DNA from: an uncultured Pseudomonadales bacterium
Lineage (GTDB): Bacteria; Pseudomonadota; Gammaproteobacteria; Pseudomonadales; Porticoccaceae
NCBI GenBank assembly: GCA_943788895.1
Contig: CALSRZ010000004.1
Coordinates: 56,454 to 120,453, forward strand
Direction of reading: 5' to 3'
Length of the DNA stretch: 64,000 bases
The translations under genes were made by a program, and so were the position numbers. Numbering within the stretch: position 1 is the first letter of the stretch; every line of letters begins with the position of its first letter. Below, piece by piece: positions 43,103 to 51,888 of this stretch. The notes below the pieces were generated by a model. The model saw only the letters and a list, made by a program, of their open reading frames with translations, was not told where the DNA came from and did no database searches.

Positions 43103-43972
43103 ATGTCACTTGGTTTTATCAGTGAAAGGACCTTCAATGTCAATGGACTGAACTTTGCCGCCAAAGAGTGGGGCACCCCGGGCGCGACCCCGGTAATTGC
43201 CCTGCATGGCTGGCTCGACAATGCCGCCAGCTTCGATGTTATGTTGCCCTACATGGACAACCTACATGTGATAGCGCTGGACTGCGCAGGCCATGGCAAC
43301 AGCAGCTTCCGCTCCGCCGACTCAAGCTACAATATCTGGCAGGATATCGCCGAAGTGATGGCTGTTGCCGATCAGTTGGGCTGGCAGCGTTTCGCGCTGC
43401 TCGGTCACAGCCGTGGCGCAATAATATCCAGCCTTGTTGCCGGCACCTTTCCCGAGCGTATCAGCCATGTCGCCCTGATTGACGGTCATCTGCCTAGTCT
43501 CGCCGACGCTCAGGGTTCAGCGGTACAGCTGGCCAAATCACTTTCTGAACACCGCCGTTACACTGCGTCTACACCGAGCTTTTTCCACAGCTTTGATCGC
43601 GCAGTGCAGGCCCGGGTCAATGGTTTTGTGCCCCTGCAGGAATCCGCTGCAACACTGCTCGCCGAGCGCGGTGTGCGTGAAGAGTCCCGTGGCTTTTACT
43701 GGCACAACGATCAACGCCTAAAGGCCGCCTCTGAATTTAAGCTGACTCGCGAACATCTCAAGGATTTTCACAGTGCAATAACCGCGCAGGTTTTATTGAT
43801 TCAAGCTGAGGGCAGTCCTTTTTATACCAGCAGCCCAGAGAATGATGAATCCTTTTCCTGGGTATCAAGTCTGCATCTATTAACCATGCCCGGATCTCAC
43901 CATTTGCATATGGAAGATCAGGCCCAGCAGGTTGCTGAACAGGTTCAGGGTTTTTTGCAGCCCCTAGGGTAA
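43103..43972 (+). CDS. Alpha/beta hydrolase
   Basis: ALHGWLDNAASF, nucleophile elbow GHSRG, C-terminal GSHHLHME. Confidence 0.92.
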   Translation: MSLGFISERTFNVNGLNFAAKEWGTPGATPVIALHGWLDNAASFDVMLPYMDNLHVIALDCAGHGNSSFRSADSSYNIWQDIAEVMAVADQLGWQRFALLGHSRGAIISSLVAGTFPERISHVALIDGHLPSLADAQGSAVQLAKSLSEHRRYTASTPSFFHSFDRAVQARVNGFVPLQESAATLLAERGVREESRGFYWHNDQRLKAASEFKLTREHLKDFHSAITAQVLLIQAEGSPFYTSSPENDESFSWVSSLHLLTMPGSHHLHMEDQAQQVAEQVQGFLQPLG

Positions 43973-43978
43973 TTTAAT

Positions 43979-44317
43979 ATGTCAGAACTAGTTAAACAGA
44001 AATGCGAAGCCTGCCGGGTAGGAGCACCGCAGGTGACCGATCAAGAGAAGATTGAAATGCTCGGTGAGATTCCCGGCTGGACAGTTGAAATACGCGAAGG
44101 AATTCGCCAGCTGGAGAAAACCTTTAGCTTTGATAATTACCAACAGTCGATGGATTTTACCAATCGCGTCGCTGAACTGGCCGAAGCCGAAGATCACCAT
44201 CCCGCGCTGCTCACCGAATGGGGAAAGGTAAGGGTTACCTGGTGGACCCATGCTATAGGTGGTTTGCACCTGAATGACTTTATCTGTGCCGCAAAGACCG
44301 ACTTGCTCAATCAGTAG
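43979..44317 (+). CDS. phhB: Pterin-4-alpha-carbinolamine dehydratase
   Basis: CEACRVGAP, AEAEDHHPALLTEWGKV, WWTHAIGGLHLNDFICAAKTD. Confidence 0.93.
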   Translation: MSELVKQKCEACRVGAPQVTDQEKIEMLGEIPGWTVEIREGIRQLEKTFSFDNYQQSMDFTNRVAELAEAEDHHPALLTEWGKVRVTWWTHAIGGLHLNDFICAAKTDLLNQ

Positions 44318-44322
44318 GACAC

Positions 44323-44351
44323 AAAAAAGCCCACTTAAAAGTGGGCTTTTT
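44323..44351. terminator. Bidirectional terminator between phhB and folE
   Basis: AAAAAAGCCCACTTAAAAGTGGGCTTTTT. Confidence 0.92.
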
Positions 44352-44376
44352 CAATACTGCTTTATGCTTAAGAAGC

Positions 44377-44922
44377 TTAATGATTACTAAGCAACGTCAA
44401 AAACTCAGTGCGAGTTGCCTGATCGCTGCGGAAAGTTCCCAACATAGCCGAAGTCTTCATGGAAGAGTTCTGCTTCTCAACACCGCGCATCATCATGCAC
44501 ATATGCTTGGCTTCAACAATAACCCCAACACCGCGAGCCTCAGTCACTTCCTGAATAGTTGAAGCAATCTGTTGTGCCAGCGCCTCCTGAATCTGCAGAC
44601 GACGGGCAAACATATCCACCACACGAGCAACCTTGGACAGACCTAACACCTTACCGTTGGGAATATAGGCCACATGGCATTTGCCAATAAACGGCAGCAG
44701 GTGATGTTCACAGAGTGAAAACAGCTCAATATCCTTAACAATAACCATCTCTTCAGAGTCAGAAGGGAACAGGGCATCGTTAATAACATCTTTAAGGTCC
44801 ATCTCATAACCACTGGTCAGATAGGAAAATGCTTTAGCAGCTCTATCCGGAGTGTCTAACAGGCCAGGTCGGCGAATATCTTCGCCAGTGCTTTCTATTA
44901 TTTTTTCGTAGTGGTCTCTCAT
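44377..44922 (-). CDS. folE: GTP cyclohydrolase I
   Basis: [44 protein letters not shown]. Confidence 0.97.
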   Translation of the reverse strand: MRDHYEKIIESTGEDIRRPGLLDTPDRAAKAFSYLTSGYEMDLKDVINDALFPSDSEEMVIVKDIELFSLCEHHLLPFIGKCHVAYIPNGKVLGLSKVARVVDMFARRLQIQEALAQQIASTIQEVTEARGVGVIVEAKHMCMMMRGVEKQNSSMKTSAMLGTFRSDQATRTEFLTLLSNH

Positions 44923-45040
44923 TAATTGGTTTCCAGCTTAAAGTTATTGTGTGGTGTAAAAACGCCCTCATTCTGTAACAAAGTGCACATCATTGCCAGT
45001 TTCAGGGTTAAAATAGTTGGCTAGCGGAGAATTAATAGCA

Positions 45041-45958
45041 ATGCCAGAAAATAACACAGAAATTAACAGCAATAATGCACCCACAGTAGCGCAGATGCTC
45101 GAGCGTGGGCAGTCACTGTTTGAAAAAAGCGGCCTCTATTTTGGTCATGGAACCGATAATAGCTGGGATGAAGCCGTCTACCTGCTCTCCTTTGTGCTCG
45201 ACCTAAGCCCAGATGCCGATCGTGCAGTCTTGGAAAAGGTCCTCACAGAGCAGCAGCAACAGGAAATCGAAGACCTTTATGCCCGCCGAATCAGCGAGCG
45301 CATACCCGCACCTTACCTAACCGGCCGTGCCTGGTTCTGTGGGCTGCCGTTTAATGTCGACCAGCGAGTGATTATTCCCCGCTCGCCCATCGCCGAACTG
45401 ATTATGACCGGCTTTCAGCCCTGGTGTGCCACCGAACCCAGCAGAGTATTAGACCTCTGCACCGGCAGTGGCTGTATAGGTATAGCCTGCGCCTACGGCT
45501 TTGAACAGGCTCAGGTAGTGCTCAGCGATATATCCCCCGAAGCTCTCGAAGTCAGCGCCAGCAATATAGAGCTGCACAAGCTCGGCTACCGAGTTAGCGC
45601 CGTAGAATCGGATCTATTTAATAACCTGCAGGGGCAACAGTTTGACCTAATTGTCAGCAATCCACCCTATGTGGATGCCGAAGACTATGCCAGCATGCCC
45701 GATGAATACTTCCATGAACCGGAACTAGCACTGGCCTCCGGCCATGACGGTCTCGACTTTACCCGCAGGCTTTTAAGAGAAGCGGTAGATCATCTAACGG
45801 AAGAGGGTGTACTGGTGGTAGAAGTGGGCAACTCATGGGTAGCGCTGGAGCAGGCATTCCCAACTGTGCCATTCCTATGGCTCGAATTTGAAGAGGGAGA
45901 TGGCGGCGTATTTTTACTAACTCGCGATCAACTTGTCGAACACCGCGAATCTTTCTAA
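45041..45958 (+). CDS. prmB: 50S ribosomal protein L3 N5-glutamine methyltransferase
   Basis: FGHGTDNSWDEA, AWFCGLPF, IIPRSPIAEL, LDLCTGSGCI, SNPPYVD, EVGNS. Confidence 0.95.
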   Translation: MPENNTEINSNNAPTVAQMLERGQSLFEKSGLYFGHGTDNSWDEAVYLLSFVLDLSPDADRAVLEKVLTEQQQQEIEDLYARRISERIPAPYLTGRAWFCGLPFNVDQRVIIPRSPIAELIMTGFQPWCATEPSRVLDLCTGSGCIGIACAYGFEQAQVVLSDISPEALEVSASNIELHKLGYRVSAVESDLFNNLQGQQFDLIVSNPPYVDAEDYASMPDEYFHEPELALASGHDGLDFTRRLLREAVDHLTEEGVLVVEVGNSWVALEQAFPTVPFLWLEFEEGDGGVFLLTRDQLVEHRESF

Positions 45959-46036
45959 TAACTTACGTATAATCGCCCACTTAACGGCTAATTACTTAGC
46001 TACGAATATAAGAAAACAACAAGGCACAGGCGCACC

Positions 46037-47122
46037 ATGTCCGGAAACACAATAGGAAAACTCTTCACCGTAACCAGTTTTGGCGAAAGCCACGGCCTAG
46101 CCATTGGCTGTATTGTCGACGGTTGTCCTCCCGGCCTGGAAATTAGCGCATCCGACCTGCAGCCCGATCTCGATCGCCGCAAGCCCGGCCAGTCACGCTA
46201 CACCACCCAGCGCAAAGAAGACGACGAAGTAAAGATACTCTCCGGCGTATTCGAAGGCCGAACCACCGGCGCAGCGATTGGTATGATGATCGAAAACAAA
46301 GATCAGAAATCCAAAGACTACAGCAAGATTAAAGACCTGTTTAGACCCGCCCATGCGGATTACACCTACCATCAAAAGTACGGTGAGCGCGACTACCGCG
46401 GTGGCGGCCGCAGCTCAGCCCGTGAAACCGCTATGCGCGTAGCCGCAGGTGGTATCGCTAAAAAGTATTTAAAAGAGCGTCTGGGCGTAGAGATATTTGG
46501 CTATGTCTCCCAGCTCGGCCCAATTGTTGCCGAACGCTTTGATCAAGACCAAATAGAACAGAACCCATTCTTCTTCCCCGATCCCGATAAGATTTCCGAG
46601 CTGGAAACCTATATGCAGGCACTGGGTAAAGAGGGCAACTCGATTGGTGCTCAGGTAACTGTAGTGGCGAAAAATATGCCCGTAGGACTGGGCGAGCCAA
46701 TTTTTGATCGTCTGGATGCAGAGATCGCCCATGGCCTAATGGGTATTAATGCGGTTAAAGGTGTTGAGATTGGTGCAGGATTTGATTCAGTGGCCCAGAA
46801 GGGCACCGAGCACCGTGATGAGCTAACGCCGGAAGGCTTTACCTCAAATAACTCAGGCGGCGTGCTGGGTGGTATTTCATCCGGTCAGGATATAGTTGCC
46901 AATCTGGCGCTTAAGCCAACGTCGAGTCTGCGTATTCCCGGGCAGTCGATTAATACTGCTGGGGAGTCTGCGGAGGTTATTACTACTGGGCGCCATGATC
47001 CCTGTGTGGGGATTCGTGCGGTGCCGATTGCTGAGGCTATGTTGGCGATTACATTGATGGATCATTATTTGCGTAATCGTGGGCAGAATGCTGATGTGGA
47101 TAGTGGGTTGAAGCCGATTTAA
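46037..47122 (+). CDS. aroC: Chorismate synthase
   Basis: [37 protein letters not shown]. Confidence 0.98.
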   Translation: MSGNTIGKLFTVTSFGESHGLAIGCIVDGCPPGLEISASDLQPDLDRRKPGQSRYTTQRKEDDEVKILSGVFEGRTTGAAIGMMIENKDQKSKDYSKIKDLFRPAHADYTYHQKYGERDYRGGGRSSARETAMRVAAGGIAKKYLKERLGVEIFGYVSQLGPIVAERFDQDQIEQNPFFFPDPDKISELETYMQALGKEGNSIGAQVTVVAKNMPVGLGEPIFDRLDAEIAHGLMGINAVKGVEIGAGFDSVAQKGTEHRDELTPEGFTSNNSGGVLGGISSGQDIVANLALKPTSSLRIPGQSINTAGESAEVITTGRHDPCVGIRAVPIAEAMLAITLMDHYLRNRGQNADVDSGLKPI

Positions 47123-47152
47123 ACCACTTCTGTCACTTTTTCTAAGCTCTCT

Positions 47153-47182
47153 TAAGCCCTCAGCTTTTATGCTGGGGGCTTA
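47153..47182 (+). terminator. Hairpin or terminator downstream of aroC
   Basis: TAAGCCCTCAGC-TTTTAT-GCTGGGGGCTTA followed by TTGTTT. Confidence 0.7.
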
Positions 47183-47185
47183 TTG

Positions 47186-47219
47186 TTTATAACTTGCGAA
47201 ACTGCCAATTCTGCATTAA
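47186..47219 (+). repeat. 34-bp direct repeat, copy 1
   Basis: TTTATAACTTGCGAAACTGCCAATTCTGCATTAA; 31/34 identical to 47752-47785. Confidence 0.9.
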
Positions 47220-47262
47220 TACTCTTATTTAAAATCATCTTCTCGAGATTTAAGAGGCCGTT

Positions 47263-47685
47263 ATGCAGATATTTAAATCAGAACAAACCTCAGCAGAAAA
47301 AACAGCCAGTCTGTTGATACTACTAATGGTGCTGTTGCAGGCCTTCTAAGCGCTCTATGCCTATATCAGTCCCCAGGCATTTTCTGACCTGAGGGGAACC
47401 GAACTCTTTCTAGCAGCTGATACTGACTGGGTGCAAATCTACGCCTCAAGAACCGCCTTTGTCGCCCTAATAGTCGGCTATTTACTTTATACCCGTAACT
47501 TCAACGCGCTAGCCTATGCCTCTCTGGCTGGCACTGTTATGCCTATTACCGATGCTTTTTTGGCCTACAGAGCTGCCGCGGCAGATATTGTTGTGTTCAA
47601 GCATATAGCCACGGTTATCTATCTATTGGTTGCCTATTACATCCTTACTCGCGCCGCCGATGGTTCAGTCGTAGATTCAGAATAA
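47263..47685 (+). pseudogene. Membrane protein (DUF4267-like, tentative) with an in-frame TAA at codon 29
   Basis: GAGG RBS, ATG 47263, continuous 141-codon frame broken only by TAA at 47347-47349; hydrophobic helices on both sides of the stop. Confidence 0.7.
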
Positions 47686-47751
47686 TAGACCGAGTAAAAA
47701 GCTAGTAGCGGGTTTGTGCTTGCCAGCAGTTCTATTACTGAGGGGTTTCAC

Positions 47752-47785
47752 TTTATAACTTGCGAAAATGCCAACTCTGGATTAA
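47752..47785 (+). repeat. 34-bp direct repeat, copy 2
   Basis: TTTATAACTTGCGAAAATGCCAACTCTGGATTAA. Confidence 0.9.
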
Positions 47786-47889
47786 ATCTTAATACAGAAG
47801 ATATGCATAAATACCGGTATTTAGCTTATATACGCAGAGTTAAAAATTACTGAGCCCCAGTATTTATAGTCGCCAGGGAAGCTGCAGTG

Positions 47890-48480
47890 ATGACAAGCAC
47901 GAAAGATAAAACCAATAGAAAAAAGCCCACCCCAGTGCTTCAGGCCTTTGAAAAGCACCAGGCAGCACTGCGGCGTTTTATCTCGAGGTTTGTGCAGCGC
48001 AATCAGGATATAGATGATGTTGCACAGGAGGCGTTTATGCGCGCCTACCGTGCCGAAAAAACCAAGCCTATCGAACAGCCTAAATCCTTTCTCTTTCGCA
48101 TTGCTCACAATGTCGCCATCACAGAATTGACCAAAAAGACCCATCAAATAATCGACTATATGGCGGACATCGACGAGTCGGGAGTTGTATGGGTAGATGT
48201 CTCGGCAGAAGAGCAGGTAACTGCCGAACAGCAGATCGGTATTTACTGCGAAGCAGTGGCGCAGTTACCCACCCAGTGTCGGCGGGTATTTTTAATGCGT
48301 AAAGTGCATGGTATGTCCCATAGAGAGATAGCGGAACAGTTGGGAATTGCCATAAGTACCGTAGAGAAACATATGTCCAAAGGCGTTCGCGCTTGCGCAA
48401 ACTATATGGATCAGCATACCGCCGTTAATGCTAATGTCGCGGATAGCACAAATGAAACAGCAGGGCAGAGCAATGGATAA
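47890..48480 (+). CDS. ECF sigma factor, FecI-like
   Basis: DIDDVAQEAFMRAY, FLFRIAHN, LPTQCRRVFLMRKVHGMSHREIAEQLGIAISTVEKH. Confidence 0.93.
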   Translation: MTSTKDKTNRKKPTPVLQAFEKHQAALRRFISRFVQRNQDIDDVAQEAFMRAYRAEKTKPIEQPKSFLFRIAHNVAITELTKKTHQIIDYMADIDESGVVWVDVSAEEQVTAEQQIGIYCEAVAQLPTQCRRVFLMRKVHGMSHREIAEQLGIAISTVEKHMSKGVRACANYMDQHTAVNANVADSTNETAGQSNG

Positions 48481-49513
48481 AATCCACCCATTTACAGCAC
48501 AGACTGAAATCGAAGAGCAGGCCGCCGACTGGTTGGTGCGTCTCGACGGCGATCAGCCGCCAACAGAACAGGAAATGGCTGAGCTTAAACAATGGATAAA
48601 TCGCAGCCCCGTTCATCGCGAACAGTTGCGTCGTCTTACCCAGTTTTGGCATCGCGCCAATATTCTTACCGAGCTGTCATTTCCGCTTGCCGATAGTCAG
48701 CGTCCCCAAGGCTTATGGGATAGATTAAAGCAGCAGTATACCCAGAGCTGGTCAGCACCAGTCTTGGCCGGCGCCGCTATGTTGTTAAGCTTGGCTGTCG
48801 GGTTATTGCTGCTGTACCCCTCATCCTCAGGTGTCTCTGGCAACGGTATCTATGAAACTCGCATCGGTGAGCAAAACACCATTACGCTTGTTGATGGCTC
48901 AGTTATTCAGCTCAACACCAACAGCCAATTGCAGGTGGACTACATAGATAACCAGCGCAATGTGATGCTGATTGCCGGAGAAGCCCATTTTGAAGTGGCC
49001 AAAGATAAGCGCCGTCCATTTAGCGTGCAGGCCGGAGAGGGCAGTGTAAGGGCAGTGGGTACCGCTTTTTCCGTCAGGCTTAATCAGCAGGCACTAAAAG
49101 TGATAGTTACCGAGGGTAAGGTGGCGCTTGAAGAGAGTAGTCAGTCAATTGAAAAGACTCCGCGAGGCTTTTTACATCAGGGGCAGGCAGTAGAGTTTAG
49201 CCCTCTATCTGAGGCTAATATCGATGACCAGATTCAAGAACTAAATAAGCAGGATATTGAAAAACAGTTAGCCTGGCGCAACGGCCTATTATTATTTGAT
49301 GGTGAAACCTTGCGTCAGGTGATTGATGAAGTTAATCGCTATACCAAGCTTAATATAGAAATTATTGATTCTGAAGTCGCCGATATCAGCATAGGAGGGC
49401 AATTTAGAGTGGGTGAAATCGATGCCATGCTAACTGTGCTTGAGCATAGTTTTAACGTCGATGTGCGTCGCCCAGACGTTGACACAGTGCAGCTTGCCAT
49501 ACAGCAACTCTAA
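48473..49513 (+). CDS. FecR-family anti-sigma factor / signal transducer
   Basis: EEQAADWLVRL, one TM, TRIGEQNTITLVDGSVIQLNTNS, GEAHFEV, AVGTAFSVR, AWRNGLLLF. Confidence 0.93.
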   Translation: MDKIHPFTAQTEIEEQAADWLVRLDGDQPPTEQEMAELKQWINRSPVHREQLRRLTQFWHRANILTELSFPLADSQRPQGLWDRLKQQYTQSWSAPVLAGAAMLLSLAVGLLLLYPSSSGVSGNGIYETRIGEQNTITLVDGSVIQLNTNSQLQVDYIDNQRNVMLIAGEAHFEVAKDKRRPFSVQAGEGSVRAVGTAFSVRLNQQALKVIVTEGKVALEESSQSIEKTPRGFLHQGQAVEFSPLSEANIDDQIQELNKQDIEKQLAWRNGLLLFDGETLRQVIDEVNRYTKLNIEIIDSEVADISIGGQFRVGEIDAMLTVLEHSFNVDVRRPDVDTVQLAIQQL

Positions 49514-49817
49514 TCAATTGATCTAGCGCCAAGTTAGCGCGAAAACCTTCCGGGTTTTTACTAGCTGTCTTTGCTAGTTATACCAGTCTCTCCACAGGTA
49601 CGCGGATAATTATCTACACTTACCATTAAACAAAGAGAGATCAAGTTAAGTGCAGAAATTGCCGCTCTATTCTATTTGTAGCCTGCACGACGGAGCCGCC
49701 ATTATAAAAACTAAAAACCTCAATAAATTTACCCAGTTAATAGCGGGTTGCTTAAGCCTATCAGTTATATCTCGTACAAGGCCGCATAAGTGGTGTTGTC
49801 ATGGATATAAATTCAGC

Positions 49818-50411
49818 CATGTTAAAGCTGTGCGCGATTTAGCTGGACCCGATATTGCCCTTAAAATAGACAGTAATCAGGGCTGGGATTACCCAACCGC
49901 TGTTGCCAATATCCAGACTATGGCGCCGCTTAATCTTGAATATTCCGAACAGCCTTTAGCCGCTTGGGACTATGAAAATATAAGGCGCCTAAGAGATAAA
50001 GTCTCGCTGCCAATCTGTGCTGATGAGAGTGTGTTTGATGAAAAAGATGCGCTTAAACTCGTTAATCTTGGTGCAGTTGATTACCTTAATATAAAGCTTG
50101 GCAAATCTGCAGGTATTCACACCGCTTTAAAAATCAATGCCATCGCTGAAGCCGCTGGTTGCAAATGTATGGTTGGTTGTTTTGGTGAATCACGCTTAGC
50201 CTTAAGTGCCTCTGCTCACTTGGCAATGGCCCGTCCCAATATCCATTTTATTGATTTAGATTCAGCTTATTCCTTTAAACAAGATCCTGTGGAGGGTGGT
50301 ATGACCTATGACGATAAGGTGGGCGGATTGATTCACCTGTCCGATAAGCCAGGTCTTGGTGCATCCTTTAAACAAGAATTCTTATCTGATGGCTCAAAAA
50401 TAGTAATCTAG
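49818..50411 (+). pseudogene. C-terminal (barrel) fragment of an L-Ala-D/L-Glu epimerase / MLE-family enolase-superfamily gene
   Basis: KIDSNQGW, EQPL, ICADESV, NIKLGKSAG, MVGC, DLDS present; N-terminal capping domain and the K-x-K motif absent. Confidence 0.8.
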
Positions 50412-50460
50412 TTAGCTAAATATTTGCTCAATATTTCCTGAAAAAATAATCCCAATTGGG

Positions 50461-50805
50461 GTGGGGGTATCTACTACTAAATTGTCTTACCTATATAGGA
50501 GACGATTTTGTCTCGACTTAAAAAAATATTTAAGTAAGGTCGATGCCCAAAAAGGACTCAGGAAAAACGTGGAAGTAAAAGAGAAAGTAAAAAGGAAGTT
50601 GTCGTCACAGGTTGCTTCACTAGGCGAGGCAGATGATTGTGGCCAGTTCGAACACCATTCAGAAACTGATCAATCAAAGTTTCAACCTTTGTCTCACACA
50701 GTAATAAAAAGTGAAACTTTTCCTGATGATCTAGCTGAGTCTGCTGAGACAAAAAATACCATAGAGGGCAGTGAAGAATATTGTTTTAAGCGCGGATATA
50801 ATTAG
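50461..50805 (+). CDS. Hypothetical protein or gene remnant (AT-rich)
   Basis: ORF only; AGGAG precedes an out-of-frame TTG, suggesting a homopolymer slip; no motif recognised. Confidence 0.3.
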   Translation: MGVSTTKLSYLYRRRFCLDLKKYLSKVDAQKGLRKNVEVKEKVKRKLSSQVASLGEADDCGQFEHHSETDQSKFQPLSHTVIKSETFPDDLAESAETKNTIEGSEEYCFKRGYN

Positions 50806-50985
50806 CAGTCTGGGTGACAAGGCAAGACTACATTTATCATCTTTTTCCATACCTTAAGGTCATTCAGCTACTTGGCAAAATTCTCTATCAGTGGCATCTG
50901 AATTTCCTTCAAAATCTCAGGGTACTTTTCTGTTAGGTGTGTGCACTTTGCGCTTGTCTATAGTCGAGTGACCAAGGCAGTAAAG

Positions 50986-51714
50986 TTACCAGCAGTTAGG
51001 TTTGTATAGAACGGTTGAGCTGTTTGCTATTTGAATTGATTCCGGAAGCTGTGAGTTAATAAATGCAGGCTCTCTGGCTGTGCGAGTAAATGTTGAATAG
51101 CGCCTGAGTTTTGTTACAGGCCTCTGTTTCCAAGTTGTTATAAGGCCAGTACATTTACCCAGCTCATCTTTTACAACCCGCAGCGATTCCGCAAGATCAC
51201 TATCATTGCTAACTATTACGCAACAGTCATATAGATTCTTCCAGCCATCATTGACCACATGAACTGCTAGGTTTACATCGGATCCCTTTTCTTCAGTGCT
51301 TATAGTGTGCACTTTAGGACCTGGATCAATTTTCCATTGCGGGACTTCGTTAAAAATTTTCTGATTCCATTTGCAAATAGTTTTGCCACGTCCTGTTATT
51401 TCAGAGTTGTCTAGCTGGCCTCCAGGTGTCACAAGAGGGGAAACTTTGCTGTGCACTGAAAAATGGCCGCGAATTATTTCTATTTCTGGAATATGTGCTT
51501 GAAGAGCTTTTAGATAAATTTTTTGGCGATTAGCTGCGCCACTGCTATCTGCTCGTTCTGAGATATTTGCAGTGAAGTATTTGATTTTTACTATTGAATT
51601 TTTTTGGCTTAAGACTGTTTTACAGAAAGCCATAATGTCTAGCCATTTGGCAGAGGAGTATTTGAGGGCATTGTAGTAAAGGTTAAAGCCATCAATATAA
51701 ACTATCGTTTTCAT
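50986..51714 (-). CDS. NYN-domain (LabA/DUF88-like PIN fold) putative RNase
   Basis: IVYIDGFNLYY, IKYFTA, EEKGSDVNLAVHVVNDG, IVSNDSDL (acidic active-site residues intact); AAGGA RBS favours ATG 51714 over 51720. Confidence 0.9.
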   Translation of the reverse strand: MKTIVYIDGFNLYYNALKYSSAKWLDIMAFCKTVLSQKNSIVKIKYFTANISERADSSGAANRQKIYLKALQAHIPEIEIIRGHFSVHSKVSPLVTPGGQLDNSEITGRGKTICKWNQKIFNEVPQWKIDPGPKVHTISTEEKGSDVNLAVHVVNDGWKNLYDCCVIVSNDSDLAESLRVVKDELGKCTGLITTWKQRPVTKLRRYSTFTRTAREPAFINSQLPESIQIANSSTVLYKPNCW

Positions 51715-51734
51715 TTTCATTCATCCTTGAATGC

Positions 51735-51786
51735 AAAAGGCCACCGAAGTGGCCCTGCGGTAATATGACGAAACATATTACGTGGT
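51735..51786 (-). ncRNA. Candidate ~52-nt structured leader/small RNA ending in an intrinsic terminator, upstream of the NYN gene
   Basis: Predicted RNA ACCAC-GUAAUAUG-UUUCGU-CAUAUUAC-CGC-AGGGCCAC-UUCG-GUGGCCUU-UU: an 8-bp hairpin plus a cUUCGg hairpin with U-tail. Confidence 0.5.
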
Positions 51787-51792
51787 AGGTGC

Positions 51793-51833
51793 AATATAGA
51801 TAATTGAAAGCAAACTTACAAGTTTTACTTGTA
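51793..51833 (-). promoter_or_regulatory. Putative sigma70 promoter with a palindromic operator over the -35
   Basis: - strand TTGTAA (51821-51816), 17-nt spacer, TATATT (51798-51793); TACAAGT-N3-ACTTGTA at 51817-51833. Confidence 0.65.
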
Positions 51834-51888
51834 GACAATTTCACAGATATTATTGCTTAGCATGGCCTCCATTAGATATTTCCATTCT

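Noticed and set aside
49650-49817. ORF 49650-50411 as a full-length 253-aa gene
   Set aside because: The first ~56 codons have no enolase-superfamily similarity; homology starts near 49818
47150-51880. Island as a prophage or IS-derived element
   Set aside because: No integrase, transposase, phage structural gene or terminal inverted repeats were recognised
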